Below are positions 13,510 to 24,297 of a stretch of 64,000 bases of DNA, piece by piece (within the stretch, counting starts at the first letter, position 1; each line of letters begins with the position of its first letter). Where the stretch lies: positions 9,114,001 to 9,178,000 of the forward strand of contig CM102286.1 in assembly GCA_046563655.1 (NCBI GenBank), written 5' to 3'. A model generated the notes under the pieces. The model saw nothing but the letters and a program-made list of their open reading frames with translations. It searched no databases and was not told the origin of the DNA. The translations under genes and the position numbers were made by a program. This stretch comes from Yuukianura sp. NJ FZ-2021. Its lineage: Eukaryota.

Positions 13510-14333
13510 ATGGCTGATGGATTTAGCACAGTTTCGGTGGAGCTGGAACAGCAGCTCATTGACGGGGTCAGGGACAGGTTGTGTATCTGGGACAAATCCA
13601 GTGACACGTACAAAAACAAGGTTCTCCGAGAAAATGCATGGAAGGAAGTCGGAGTGTCTCTTGGAATCACTGGTAAAGTTTACGTTTTTGAGAAAAAAGT
13701 AGTACTTCTAAAAAAAATCAACTAATTTTGGAAAAAAAATCAGGAGGAAAGGTGAAGGAACTATGGGGAAGCCTGAGGTCACAGTTCACGAGATTTCGTA
13801 AGAAATTGATGAACCCATCTGGAAGTGGAAATGGACGACGGCCGTATTTTCGTCATGAAGAGGCCATGAAATTTTTGGTGGAGATCATTGAGCCAGAAGA
13901 GAACTCTTTGACGAATTTGGATTCAGAAATCCTTCCAGTTTTTGACTCTCAAGAACTATACGAAGTAGGTGTCGTGGATGAAGTGGATATTATATCAAAT
14001 GAACATGGCACTGAGCCTGCGCAAACTGGATCTTCAACCACGCCAATGCTGCCAAGGTCAAAAGAAAATGACGTGCTTCGATGCCATTCTAAATTTGGAA
14101 AGAAGCGAAAGGTCGATGACCCGAAATCAACCGACTTTGACAAAGAAGTGTTGAAGATCATGGCGGCTGGAATGGCGGCTGGAACAAGTGAAGACGACGA
14201 ATTTGATGCGCTGGGGAAAGTCTTTGCAAAGAAAATGCGACATTTGGGTATGCAAAGCAGACGATCGTTTTTGGAAGTCGAGCTCAAGGTTAATTCAATT
14301 ATTAACCAAGCGGAGATCGAATTACTCAACTAA
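13510..14333 (+). CDS. Harbinger accessory MADF (Myb/SANT-like) DNA-binding protein with BESS-like C-terminus, ~250 aa; exons 13510-13672, 13744-14333
   Basis: Motifs LIDGVRDRLCIWD..YKNK..ENAWKEVG..VKELWGSLRSQF..RPYFRHEEAMKFL. A GT-AG phase-1 intron joins the two ORFs in frame. C-terminal DEFDALGKVFAKKMRHL helix. Confidence 0.88.
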
Positions 14334-14893
14334 TCATTTAATGTACATTATTTTCAGTGCTAATTATTAAAATGTTATTATTTGTTAAGTGTTTGAATAA
14401 AAATAAAATTATAAAATGTGGCATTCAACAAGGCTGAATTTTTAACGCTTTTGTTTCCATTTAATCAACCCAGAGAGCGTTAATTTTCATGAATTTTGAT
14501 ACCTCAGTTCAATTTGTAGGACAACTCTGTGAAAACGAATCCCGTTTTAACAATTTTGAAAATAAAATAAAATTGAAATTAGAAATAAAGTCGACGCCAC
14601 ATAAAAAATTAGATTTCTGACACACGAAAGTTTACATGGATTCCAATAATTTGAAAGGACGAATCTCATTGGTCCAAAAACAAAGCATTGAGCAAGATAG
14701 GGAAAGAGATAGGAAAAATACACAGGGAAAAACTCCATCTCTCCACATGAGAATTCCCGTATCTCAAGAGACTTTAAAAGTTCAACTGGCGTCTTTTCAT
14801 TTTTTAAGTAATTTTATTTTTTAAGTAATTTCATTTTTTAAAGTAATTTTATAATATTGCTAAAATTAATAGCATAACTTTGTAAATTTTTAT

Positions 14894-16270
14894 CTATATT
14901 CTATCGTTTTGCCAAGCTACAGCTCCTTCTGAGTTGAAGTAATCTTTGAAAGCATGACGAATTCCTGCAGCAGTTGTGGAATAATTATTTGACCCCTGTT
15001 GATGAATGCCGTGAAGTCCTGTATCCGATGCTGTGGTTTGTCTCCAATTTCCATTCTTTTCCCCCGATTCGGAATCCGCAGTAATCGTGTTCATGTCGTT
15101 TTTTGTCAGTAGAAAGTTGTGAAGGATGATACATGTCTTCACAATCAACTTTACAAATTCTAGGTCAGCGTGAATTGCAGAAAAGAATATTCGCCACCTG
15201 GCGGCTAGTATACCAAATGCATTCTCCACAACCATTCTTCCTCTTGACAAACGATAATTAAAGATTCTTTCCTCCCGAGGTAGAAACTTCCCTGGATAAG
15301 GCTTCATAATGTACGGTTTAAGAGAAAATGCGTCGTCGCTCAAAATTACATGGGGCAGACGGCGCTGTCCAACCAATTTTGGTGGAGGTATTCCGAGAGA
15401 TTCGTTTTCTAGTTTCTGCCCAAGGGGCGACCGTCCCAAAATTCCTCCGTCCGACTGAGAGCCACTGCGACCAATGTCAACTGCGATAAATTTGTAATTT
15501 GGATCCACAATGCCAAGCAGCACAATTGAAAAGAAGTTTTTGTAGTTGTAGAAACTGGATCCAGAAAATTTTGGACACCGAACACGGATGTGCTTTCCGT
15601 CCATGGACCCAACAGCGTTTGGGTAGTTCCATTTTTCGTTGAATCCTTGTTCACTTTTTTCCCACATTTCTTGTGATGGCGATGGAAGATACTTCGGCCC
15701 CATTTTGTCGCAAATTACGCTCATGACATCTCTAAGTACCGTACTGATGTGCTGCGGCGATATTCGGTAGCTTAAGGCCATAGAGATTTGGCTGTTCCCA
15801 CTAGCTAAAAACCTGGAATTCGTGAAAAATTAAAACTTTTCAATTTTTAGAACTTCTTTTTTTTATAACTTTAAAACTTTGTCCTCAAGTGTCTACTCAC
15901 CTCAGAGTTAAAGCTAGTTTATCAATTAATGAAATCGGAACCCGGTGAGTTTTCTTTGTCTGCAGACACGAAATACTTTCGTAAATCTCGTCAAAGTTCT
16001 CCTTTGTCATTCTGTTTTGAATTTGTAAAAAATATAATAAGGCAAGGTTCCAATTCGAAAAAAAAGTAAAATGGCTCACCGAAAATACTTGAAATGATAA
16101 TAAGGATCCTGCCGAAGTTCTTTCGCCAACAAACTTTCGCCTTTTGACAATCGGTTCAAAAAAATGGGCCGAATGTACTCTGACCTGCTTTTCTTCTTTT
16201 GAATCACTTTGTTTCGAATACGGCGCAGCACAAGCAAACGTACGGCCAATTGTAACTTTGATGGCGCCAT
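14894..16270 (-). CDS. PIF/Harbinger (HARBI1-like) DDE transposase, apparently intact, ~406 aa; exons 16270-16080, 16011-15901, 15812-14894
   Basis: Splicing restores YFRMTKENF and LTLRFLASG. Catalytic-region motifs GSMDGKH, SDGGI, LSDDAF, FNYRLSRGRMVVENAFGILAARWRIF, LHNF. Total 1221 nt in frame. Confidence 0.93.
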
Positions 16271-16472
16271 TTTTTACAGAGTTGTCCTACAAATTGAACT
16301 GAGGTATCAAAATTCATGAAAATTAACGCTCTCTGGGTTGATTAAATGGAAACAAAAGCGTTAAAAATTCAGCCTTGTCGAATGCCACATTTTATAATTT
16401 TATTTTTATTCAAACACTTACCAAATAATAATATTTTAATAATTAGCACTGAAAATAATGTACATTAAATGA

Positions 16473-17744
16473 TTAGTTGAGTAATTCGATCTCCGCTTGG
16501 TTAATAATTGAATTAACCTTGAGCTCGACTTCCAAAAACGATCGTCTGCTTTGCATACCCAAATGTCGCATTTTCTTTGCAAAGACTTTCCCCAGCGCAT
16601 CAAATTCGTCGTCTTCACTTGTTCCAGCCGCCATTCCAGCCGCCATGATCTTCAACACTGTTCAGAAGAAACAAGCTTCTTCAGAACCAAGGAAGACCTA
16701 GCTTTAACCTTGACACTCTGTCTTACTCTTTTTACTTTGTGTCAATTTCCATAATCTTAAATTAGCCTAAGAACATGCATTTTACCTACGCCTAGATTTT
16801 ACTCCACAGTGGAGTTAGATTCGCCCTCGTTTTACTCCACATTGGAGTTAGATTTCTTGTTGTCTTACTCCTCCAGAAAGGTATAAAAGTAAGTCCCCTG
16901 GTCATTCTCCAGGGGTTTTAGTTAGTCATTCTCGTTTTGAGCTTCAACAGCTCCTCCAACCTTTCTTGCCATAACTTTTCCTAACGCCAAATAAAGCTCA
17001 TACAATTCGACTCGGTTGTTTTGTGCTAAAGTTCATTGACTCTCTGACTTCCACTACTCTCATCGGTAGTGCGGCATAACCTTTATGCTGCAGACCGAAC
17101 AAACACTTCTTTGTCAAAGTCGGTTGATTTCGGGTCATCGACCTTTCGCTTCTTTCCAAATTTAGAATGGCATCGAAGCACGTCATTTTCTTTTGACCTT
17201 GGCAGCATTGGCGTGGTTGAAGATCCAGTTTGCGCAGGCTCAGTGCCATGTTCATTTGATATAATATCCACTTCATCCACGACACCTACTTCGTATAGTT
17301 CTTGAGAGTCAAAAACTGGAAGGTTTTCTGAATCCAAATTCGTCAAAGAGTTCTCTTCTGGCTCAATGATCTCCACCAAAAATTTCATGGCCTCTTCATG
17401 ACGAAAATACGGCCGTCGTCCATTTCCACTTCCAGATGGGTTCATCAATTTCTTACGAAATCTCGTGAACTGTGACCTCAGGCTTCCCCATAGTTCCTTC
17501 ACCTTTCCTCCTGATTTTTTTTCCAAAATTAGTTGATTTTTTTTAGAAGTACTACTTTTTTCTCAAAAACGTAAACTTTACCAGTGATTCCAAGAGACAC
17601 TCCGACTTCCTTCCATGCATTTTCTCGGAGAACCTTGTTTTTGTACGTGTCACTGGATTTGTCCCAGATACACAACCTGTCCCTGACTCCGTCAATGAGC
17701 TGCTGTTCCAGCTCCACCGAAACTGTGCTAAATCCATCAGCCAT
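16473..17744 (-). pseudogene. Second copy of the MADF-BESS gene in the right arm, disrupted by a solo LTR
   Basis: Near-identical mirror of 13510-14333 (EILP vs ENLP). The frame is broken after DFDKEV by the 443-bp insert. Confidence 0.88.
16659..17101 (+). mobile_element. Solo LTR, 443 bp (5-bp TSD, BEL/Pao- or Copia-like)
   Basis: TGTTC...GAACA termini; AACAC duplicated at 16654-16658 and 17102-17106 but single in the left arm; TATAAAA at ~16882 and AATAAA at ~16989. Confidence 0.88.
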
Positions 17745-19747
17745 GATGCTTGATGTTAGCAAAACTAACTTCGATCAGAAAACGAACAATTGTTTCCAAA
17801 AAAGCAAGTTTGCTCTGCTCGTGCTTCCTCAAAAGTTGCTTCCGTCCCTACTTTCCAAAGAGCACGGTAAGAGCAGGAGCACGGTAAGCAAAACGGGAAG
17901 TTAGGATGCTTTCCCTTGCTCTGTCGTTGCCTTGCCAAAATGAGGCAGCACAGCACGGGGAAGGCACAAGTAAGTTAGGATCAGTGTTTTTTAACAAAAA
18001 CAGCGCAGCAAAGCATCGTCAAGGCAGCAGCACGGTAAGTCCGTACCGAGCGTTATCGTTCTTGATTGATGTTCTAAATTTTTTGAGGAAGATGCACATA
18101 ATTTATTGTCGATGTTGTCATGGCAATGCTCAACGTAGTTCTCAAACCTGCACAAACCTTCAATTGTGTGCATCATGCACCAAATTGTACGTTGTGGGGT
18201 AGGAGTCGAATATCGTTTCTTTAACATCCAAATCATAAAAATTGACTCGTGAATGCAAATTTAACCCCTTTCATTCCCTATTCACATATTAAGCATTTAA
18301 GCCGGATTTTCTAACCTCTAACTAGGCTTAAATTAACAATGTGAATAGACATACTGTCAGCAAATGACAGGGTCAAAACTTCGTTGTTTAAATATATTTT
18401 GAGTGTAATCGAAACCAAAATGTTTTCGGGAAACGACTACACTGCGTGTGCGTAACGTGGCCGCCCATTTCTACGCTGTTAATTCTACAATTTTAGTGCA
18501 ATGTAGACCTAATGAAAACACTTGAGCCAAACATAACCCCCCGAACAAATTGGGGCTTATGTTTCAGTGCAAAGTATCCTAAAAATGTGACAGACGGACG
18601 GACGGACAAAGTCGTATCAATAGTCTTCTTCAGCACGTCGTAGACGTGCGTCTCCAGAAGACTAAACCTAAAAGTACAAAAGAACATATGGAAAGTTAAC
18701 GGTTCGTGTACCTTCGCAGGAACACTGAAGAATTCTTTTGGGAAATTCAAATGCAATACAATTTTTTCAATTCCATGGAAGTCTTATTTAAAGCACAAAT
18801 TTCCACTTCGAATTCCTTAGACTTCAAAAGAATTCCCTTTGCCTGAAAAAAACAGGCACATCTCAGGATTTCTTTCAAAAACCATTCTTTGGAAGTAGAT
18901 TGTGTTCTCGCAAAAAAAACTCTCCTATTTGCACTTCATGTGAATTCTAACGAATTCCGACATAAGGAATTCCCAACTTGTTCTGTTTTGAGAACATTTG
19001 GGGAATTCCTTAGGAATTCCCTAGGAAATTTCCTAGGAATAGAGCTTGCTGCTGGGGTAGATTGCATCAAGTAAAAATTCTAGATATTGATGGGACTTAG
19101 CAAGATTTCATCAAGTAAAAATTTTAGATATTGATGGGACTTAGCAAGATTTTATCAATTAAAAATATTAGATATTGACGGTAATATGCAAGATTTCATC
19201 AAGTAAAAATTTGAGATATTGATGGGACTTAGCTAGATTTCATCAAGAAGAATTTTAAATATTCATGAGACTTAGTTAGATTTCATCAAAAAGAAATTTT
19301 AGATATTCATAAGACTTAAGCTAGATTGCATCACGAAGAAATTTTAGATATTCATGAGACTTAGCTAGATTTCAGCAATAAGAAATTTGAGATATTGATG
19401 GGACTTAGCTAGATTTATGGCGGGCGAGTAGCTCAGTGGTTAAGGCTCCCATCCTTTTCCACTGTCTACCTGAGATTGTATGCTAAGCCTATGAAAAAGT
19501 CAACGCAGGGAGATGGACTCGATCCGTCGTCCTGCCGCGTCAAGTAATAGAGAGTTATAGCAAACTCAAATATAGAGCGAAATATAGAATATAAATATAG
19601 ATTCTATATTCATATTCTATATTTTGAAATATGGAACAGCTACACTTACAGCACAATTTATACGAAAAAATTATAAATATAAGTTACAGGAATTTCAAAC
19701 GGTTGAGTCCTGTTTAAACCCGCCAAAGTAGACTGCGCTGGCAAAGT

Positions 19748-20676
19748 GGGCAAAATAAATGTCGCGAAGGTATATGTCGCCAAAATTAGTGTCGCCAGGT
19801 AAATTGACATTTGTCGCCAAATGCTAGCGTAAAGTTTAAAGAATTAGAAAACACTTAAGTAACTTGTTGCGGCGGGAGAGTGTCAAAAATTCTGCGACTT
19901 GGCGACATTTGCGACATTCATCCCTTGGCGACATTTGTCGGGCGACATATTTTTTGTAACATTGTATTGACAAAAGTCGACATCTTACGAAATTTCTGAC
20001 GGCGACATTCAAATTTACAACATTTATCTTTCCAATATCCGCACGGCGACAATTCAACTCGAATCGGCGACCTTCCTAAGTTCTTTGCCACAAGCAACAA
20101 CATTCGTTAATTGAAATAAGGGTGATGGCGACATTAAAACAGGCGACATTAGTTTCAGCGACATTGCAATTAACGACATTACATTAAGCGACATTGCCAT
20201 TTGTGGTAGGTTATGGCGACATTGAAACTGGCAACATTTGGCGCGGCGACATTAGTTACGGTGAAAGTATCGTTTTACAATGTCGCCAGTGGCGACATTG
20301 TATTCGTGAGGTTGCAGTTGGCTACATTGCAATTAACAATGTCGCCGCGATTCAACTAATGTTGTACCATTGCAATGGGCGACATTACGTTTGGTGACAT
20401 TACAATTAGTGACATAGGTAATGGCGACATTCGTTTTACGACATTGCGATTGGCGACAGCGCAATTTCAATTAAATTGGCGGGATTTCAGTTGGTGACAT
20501 TTGATAGGTTATGGCGACATTGCAATTGACATTGGGGTGGGCGACATTGAAATTAATGACATAGGTAATGGCGACATTGAAGCTAGCGACACTAATAAAC
20601 TCCAGTGCTTTTGGCAACATAGGTTGCGGCGACGTCGTCGTTACAGCTTGTTTAAATGGCGACATTAAGGAGCACC
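19748..20676. repeat. GGCGACATT/TGTCGCC motif-rich segment, probably a further nested non-autonomous DNA element
   Basis: Dozens of GGCGACAT motifs, with the leftmost cluster in inverted orientation. Termini are not clearly defined. Confidence 0.55.
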
Positions 20677-20792
20677 AAGTTAAGAAACCATCCTATTGTT
20701 CTTAACAATTACGTTTTGCGTCTCAATTTCCCCAACCACCGAGCTTTTCATCCTGTAATTCTATATTTCATAATCGAAATATAGAACTTTTC

Positions 20793-21484
20793 GGTTAGAC
20801 TACGGTTTCTGGGGCAGTGAAAATTTTTTCTAAGTTTTTTGGTCAAAATTTTCGAAAAATTTTTTCTTCGATTTTTCCACTTTTTATCATGTTTCAAACG
20901 TTTTTGGCACGTTTGGAACAAAAAAAAATTTTTGACCCCAAGGGTCCCCCCTTCCCATTTTTTTGAGAATCGGACTCGAAAATTTTCCAAGTACAAAAAC
21001 TGAAGTGGTCACCCCTGACAACCACAAAAATGACCCTTACAAAAGTTGTTCAGAATCTTAAGGGGAGTATTTTTTGTCCTATGGACTATGACCCTACGAC
21101 CACTCCTTCAGGTCAGAGGTCAACGCAAACATTTCCCCAATTCGTCTTTCCGTTGACCTCTGACCTGAACGAGTGGTCGTAGGGTCATAGTCCATAGGAC
21201 AAAAAATACTCCCCTTAAGATTCTGAACAACTTTTGTAAGGGTCATTTTTGTGGTTGTCAGGGGTGACCACTTCAGTTTTTGTACTTGGAAAATTTTCGA
21301 GTCCCGATTCTCAAAAAAATGGGAAGGGGGGACCCTTGGGGTCAAAAATTTTTTTTTGTTCCAAACGTGCCAAAAACGTTTGAAACATGAAAAAAAGTGG
21401 GAAAATCGAAAAAAAAAAATTTCGAAAATTTTGACCAAAAAACTTAGAAAAAATTTTCACTGCCCCAGAAACCGTAGTCTAACC
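20793..21484. mobile_element. Fold-back palindromic MITE, ~333-bp arms, 8-bp TSD (possibly Merlin-like)
   Basis: GGTTAGACTACGG ... CCGTAGTCTAACC; AACTTTTC at 20785-20792 and 21485-21492; ~25-bp spacer. Confidence 0.88.
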
Positions 21485-22112
21485 AACTTTTCTATATTTC
21501 TCATAATCACCAAATATAGATTATGGAGCCTTCCATATTCCATATCTATATTCTATATTCTATATTTTCCATAAAGTGAGTTGCTATAACTCTCTAATAG
21601 TATGCAAGGCAGCAGTCCCTCGCAAGATTATAATATGTTGATGAGCGGAGGCAATTCGTCTGTCTTATGAGAAATAAGATAATTTAAATACGAAAAGCCA
21701 GAAGCTCGAGGTGGAGGAGTTTCTGGGCATATCCTTCCCCTCTCAGACTGCTGAATACCCAGTGAAAGAAATGATAACCGGTTAAAGGCAGCCCGAACTC
21801 AAACAGTATGTCCCTAATGGAGTTACTGAAATAGGCCCGTCTAAGTGCGCCTCATCGGTGCGGGCTAAGCCTCGGCGTAGCCCCCTCCTGAAAAAGATAC
21901 ATACATACATATAGCTAGATTTCATCAAGAAAAAATTTTAGATATTGATGGGACTTGGCAAGATTTCATCAAAAAAACAACAGCAATATCTTGGAAAATT
22001 TCAATTTTTCATGAATAAAGAAAATACATTTTTGAGAATTTGTTAGCCTAATCCTGACCTTTTCCTCCTCTAGGAAGGTAGAAGGTGCGATGTTGTTTTC
22101 AAAAAACAATAT

Positions 22113-23290
22113 TTTGCAAACATCGTCCGTAACCTTCGCGTTTTTCTATATATCCGTCTTTTGCTGGATATATAGTCAATTTAAGGAATTTACAGTGAAA
22201 GCATTTAATTTCGTCGTACTAAAAATCTATTTATAAAATTTAAAATATTAATTAAAAAAAAAACTAAAAAAAACCAACGCTTGATTTTGATAAAATTTGG
22301 CAATAATTTCAACAAAATGGCAACTTAAGCACTGCAAGCTACCTCTGCATGTTCCGCTAGATAGCTACGCTCCGACATACTATAACTACGGTTAGTTCAA
22401 TTTCACCTTGTCAACGTATCTGCTCACTATTTAAACCTATTTTATACATTTTTAAGCACTGCAAGCTACCGCTGCATGTTCCGCTAGATAGCTACGCTTT
22501 GACACTCTTCACCTTTGTTTCTTTGTTGAAGCGTAGCTGGCAAGCGGTGAATGTAGCGGTCGTTAGCATTAGTATAATATGCATAGATTATGTTTGTGTA
22601 ACATCAGAATTGAGAAAATGTCAAAAAAAATTAAATTATTTTACTTTGTTGTTGAAGCGTAGCTGGCAAGCGGTGAATGTAGCGGTCGTTAGCATTAGTA
22701 TAATATGCATAGATTATGTTTGTGTAACTTCAGAATTGAGAAAATGTCAAAAAAATTAAATTATTTTACTTTGTTGTTGAAGCGTAGCTGGCAAGCGGTA
22801 AATGTAGCGGTCGTTAGCATTAGTATAATATGCATAGATTATGTTTGTGTAACATCAGAACTGAGAAAATGTCAAAAAAATTGAATTATTTTACTTTGTT
22901 GTTGAAGCGTAGCTGGCAAGCGGTAAATGTAGCGGTCGTTAGCATTAGTATAATATGCATAGATGATGTTTGTGTAACATCAGAACTGAGAAAATGTCAA
23001 AAAAAATTGAATTATTTTACTTTGTTGTTGAAGCGTAGCTGGCAAGCGGTAGCGGCCTGCGATTTTGTTTTAGGGTATTTTTAAAAAATTCAAATAACAT
23101 TTAAAAATTTAATTTAATTTTTCAAAAAAAATAAAAACAAAAATTTTCAACTTTCAACTTCTTTTATAAATTTTTTTAAAAAAAAAATTTAAATTACAGA
23201 CAAAGCTGTCAGGGATTGTAAAACTAAAACTCTAACTTCATTGTATTTTTTCGATAAAAAAACCCGAAGGTTACGGACGATGTTTGCAAA
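22113..23290. mobile_element. Element with 26-bp inverted repeats enclosing a ~126-bp tandem array (~22522-23050, about 4.2 units)
   Basis: TTTGCAAACATCGTCCGTAACCTTCG ... CGAAGGTTACGGACGATGTTTGCAAA; units recur at 22528, 22654 and onward. Confidence 0.65.
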
Positions 23291-24297
23291 TTTTCAATTT
23301 TTCATGAGTAAGGAAAATACCTATAAGTCTCAGGAATACCTAAAATTTCTTTTTGCTGAAATCTACCTCAGTGTCAGGAATACATAAAATTTCTCCTTAA
23401 CCTATCTTCTTCCTAGGTATTCCTGATTCTTAAGTAGATAGGTTTGTACACAAAATTTCAAAAAATTGATAATTTCTATGTCAACGGTCCATAAGGCAAC
23501 TGGAATTGTTGTCAAATTTGAAAACCGCCTACTAAAAATAAAGACAAATTATAGTATTCTTATCCTAAATTGTGATTAGAACGATTGAACGTGTCTGGGG
23601 CGGAGCCCCAGCAAGCTTTGCGCAGCAAAGCTGGTAAATAATTAATTATAAGTACAATATTATTGTTCCCAAATAAAATACGTGTCCAAGTGAATCCTCG
23701 TAAATTCTCTTCTACTTTGTCGCTTATTACTATAGTTTTAGTCAATCCGAAGCTCGCGGCGGAATTGTACTTTTTCCGATGGGCTTTAGCTCGCTGCCGT
23801 CAGGGAATTCCAAGCGAACCAATATAGTCCATGTCCTTACAAAGGAGCCCCGGGATTTAGCCACGATTGTCTTGGTTCTCCTTCATATAGTTGTGTACGT
23901 TGGCCTGGTTTCATTCCAGAAAATGCAACCCAGGTGCTTTCACCCACATCACTCCACTAAAGGTGCTGAGAAGAAAAGTCCAAGCCATTCGGAACAAAAA
24001 AAAATACAATAGAAATCTGGATATGCAACAGGATTCGATGGAGATAAGCTAAATTGCCAGTCAGTTCTTGGAAGCTAAAGTTTGGAGTCCCGAGCAGTGC
24101 TTCCTTTCTCCAGCCGTTGAAACATAGGAAGCAGAGTTTCCCAGTAGCAATTTCTTCAATGTTTCTTATGAGCATTGAAAACACGGAACCACTGGTCCGG
24201 TCATCGCTTCACTGGTCGTATTTTTGTTTTAGACACCTGGATTTCGGCATAATTTATTTGCGCAGCTTCTATTTTCCAATTTTATCTAGAGTCTAGT

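Larger units (their letters stand above)
13202..18052. mobile_element. PIF/Harbinger transposon with ~1.33-kb gene-bearing inverted arms (13202-14530 and 16276-18052)
   Basis: TTA-CGCTCGGTACGGAC ... GTCCGTACCGAGCG-TTA (TTA at 13199-13201 and 18053-18055). The arms differ at only about 9 positions by eye, apart from the LTR insertion. Encodes a Harbinger transposase and a MADF protein. Confidence 0.92.
12850..18663 (-). mobile_element. HINE family A copy 4, split by the Harbinger (3' part ~12850-13177, 5' part ~18054-18663)
   Basis: Reverse-complement termini at 12850 and 18663. The sequences either side of the Harbinger join to match copy 3 around 12505-12535. Confidence 0.8.
19550..21594. 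mobile_element. Non-autonomous TIR element inserted in the SINE; superfamily unassigned
   Basis: GAGAGTTATAGCAA(A)CTCA ... TGAGTTGCTATAACTCTC flanked by TAATA on both sides; AATATAG/CTATATT subterminal repeats. Confidence 0.7.
19417..21911 (+). mobile_element. tRNA-derived SINE (head 19417-19549, body and tail 21595-21911), split by nested insertions
   Basis: A-box TAGCTCAGTGG (19429-19439), B-box-like GGACTCGATCC (~19515-19525), (TACA)n tail, 11-bp TSD TAGCTAGATTT (19406-19416 and 21912-21922). Confidence 0.8.
19057..21972. repeat. 44-bp minisatellite (~8 units at 19057-19416, resuming at 21912-21972), interrupted by a SINE
   Basis: Unit GATATTGATGGGACTTAGCAAGATTTCATCAAGTAAAAATTTTA at 19083, 19127 and onward. 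Confidence 0.9.

Noticed and set aside
14636..14824. 62-aa ORF as a third Harbinger gene
   Set aside because: Short, no recognisable motif, runs into AT-rich repeats; cannot be supported without RNA data.
13202..18052. Assembly artefact (mirrored read) as the cause of the inverted arms
   Set aside because: The arms differ by substitutions, an indel and a TSD-flanked LTR, and the flanking HINE halves rejoin. Long-read confirmation is still advisable.
13298..18236. Antisense and alternative-frame ORFs in the Harbinger arms
   Set aside because: Shadows of the MADF gene, duplicated only because the arms are duplicated.
18700..19056. GGAATTCC-rich segment ending TGCTGGG as a TE end
   Set aside because: Only one plausible terminus; no partner TIR or TSD found.
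19419..19530. Functional tRNA gene
   Set aside because: No convincing cloverleaf by eye; it has a body, simple-repeat tail and TSD, consistent with a SINE.
20748..21574. Mirror-image ORF pair
   Set aside because: By-product of the palindromic MITE.
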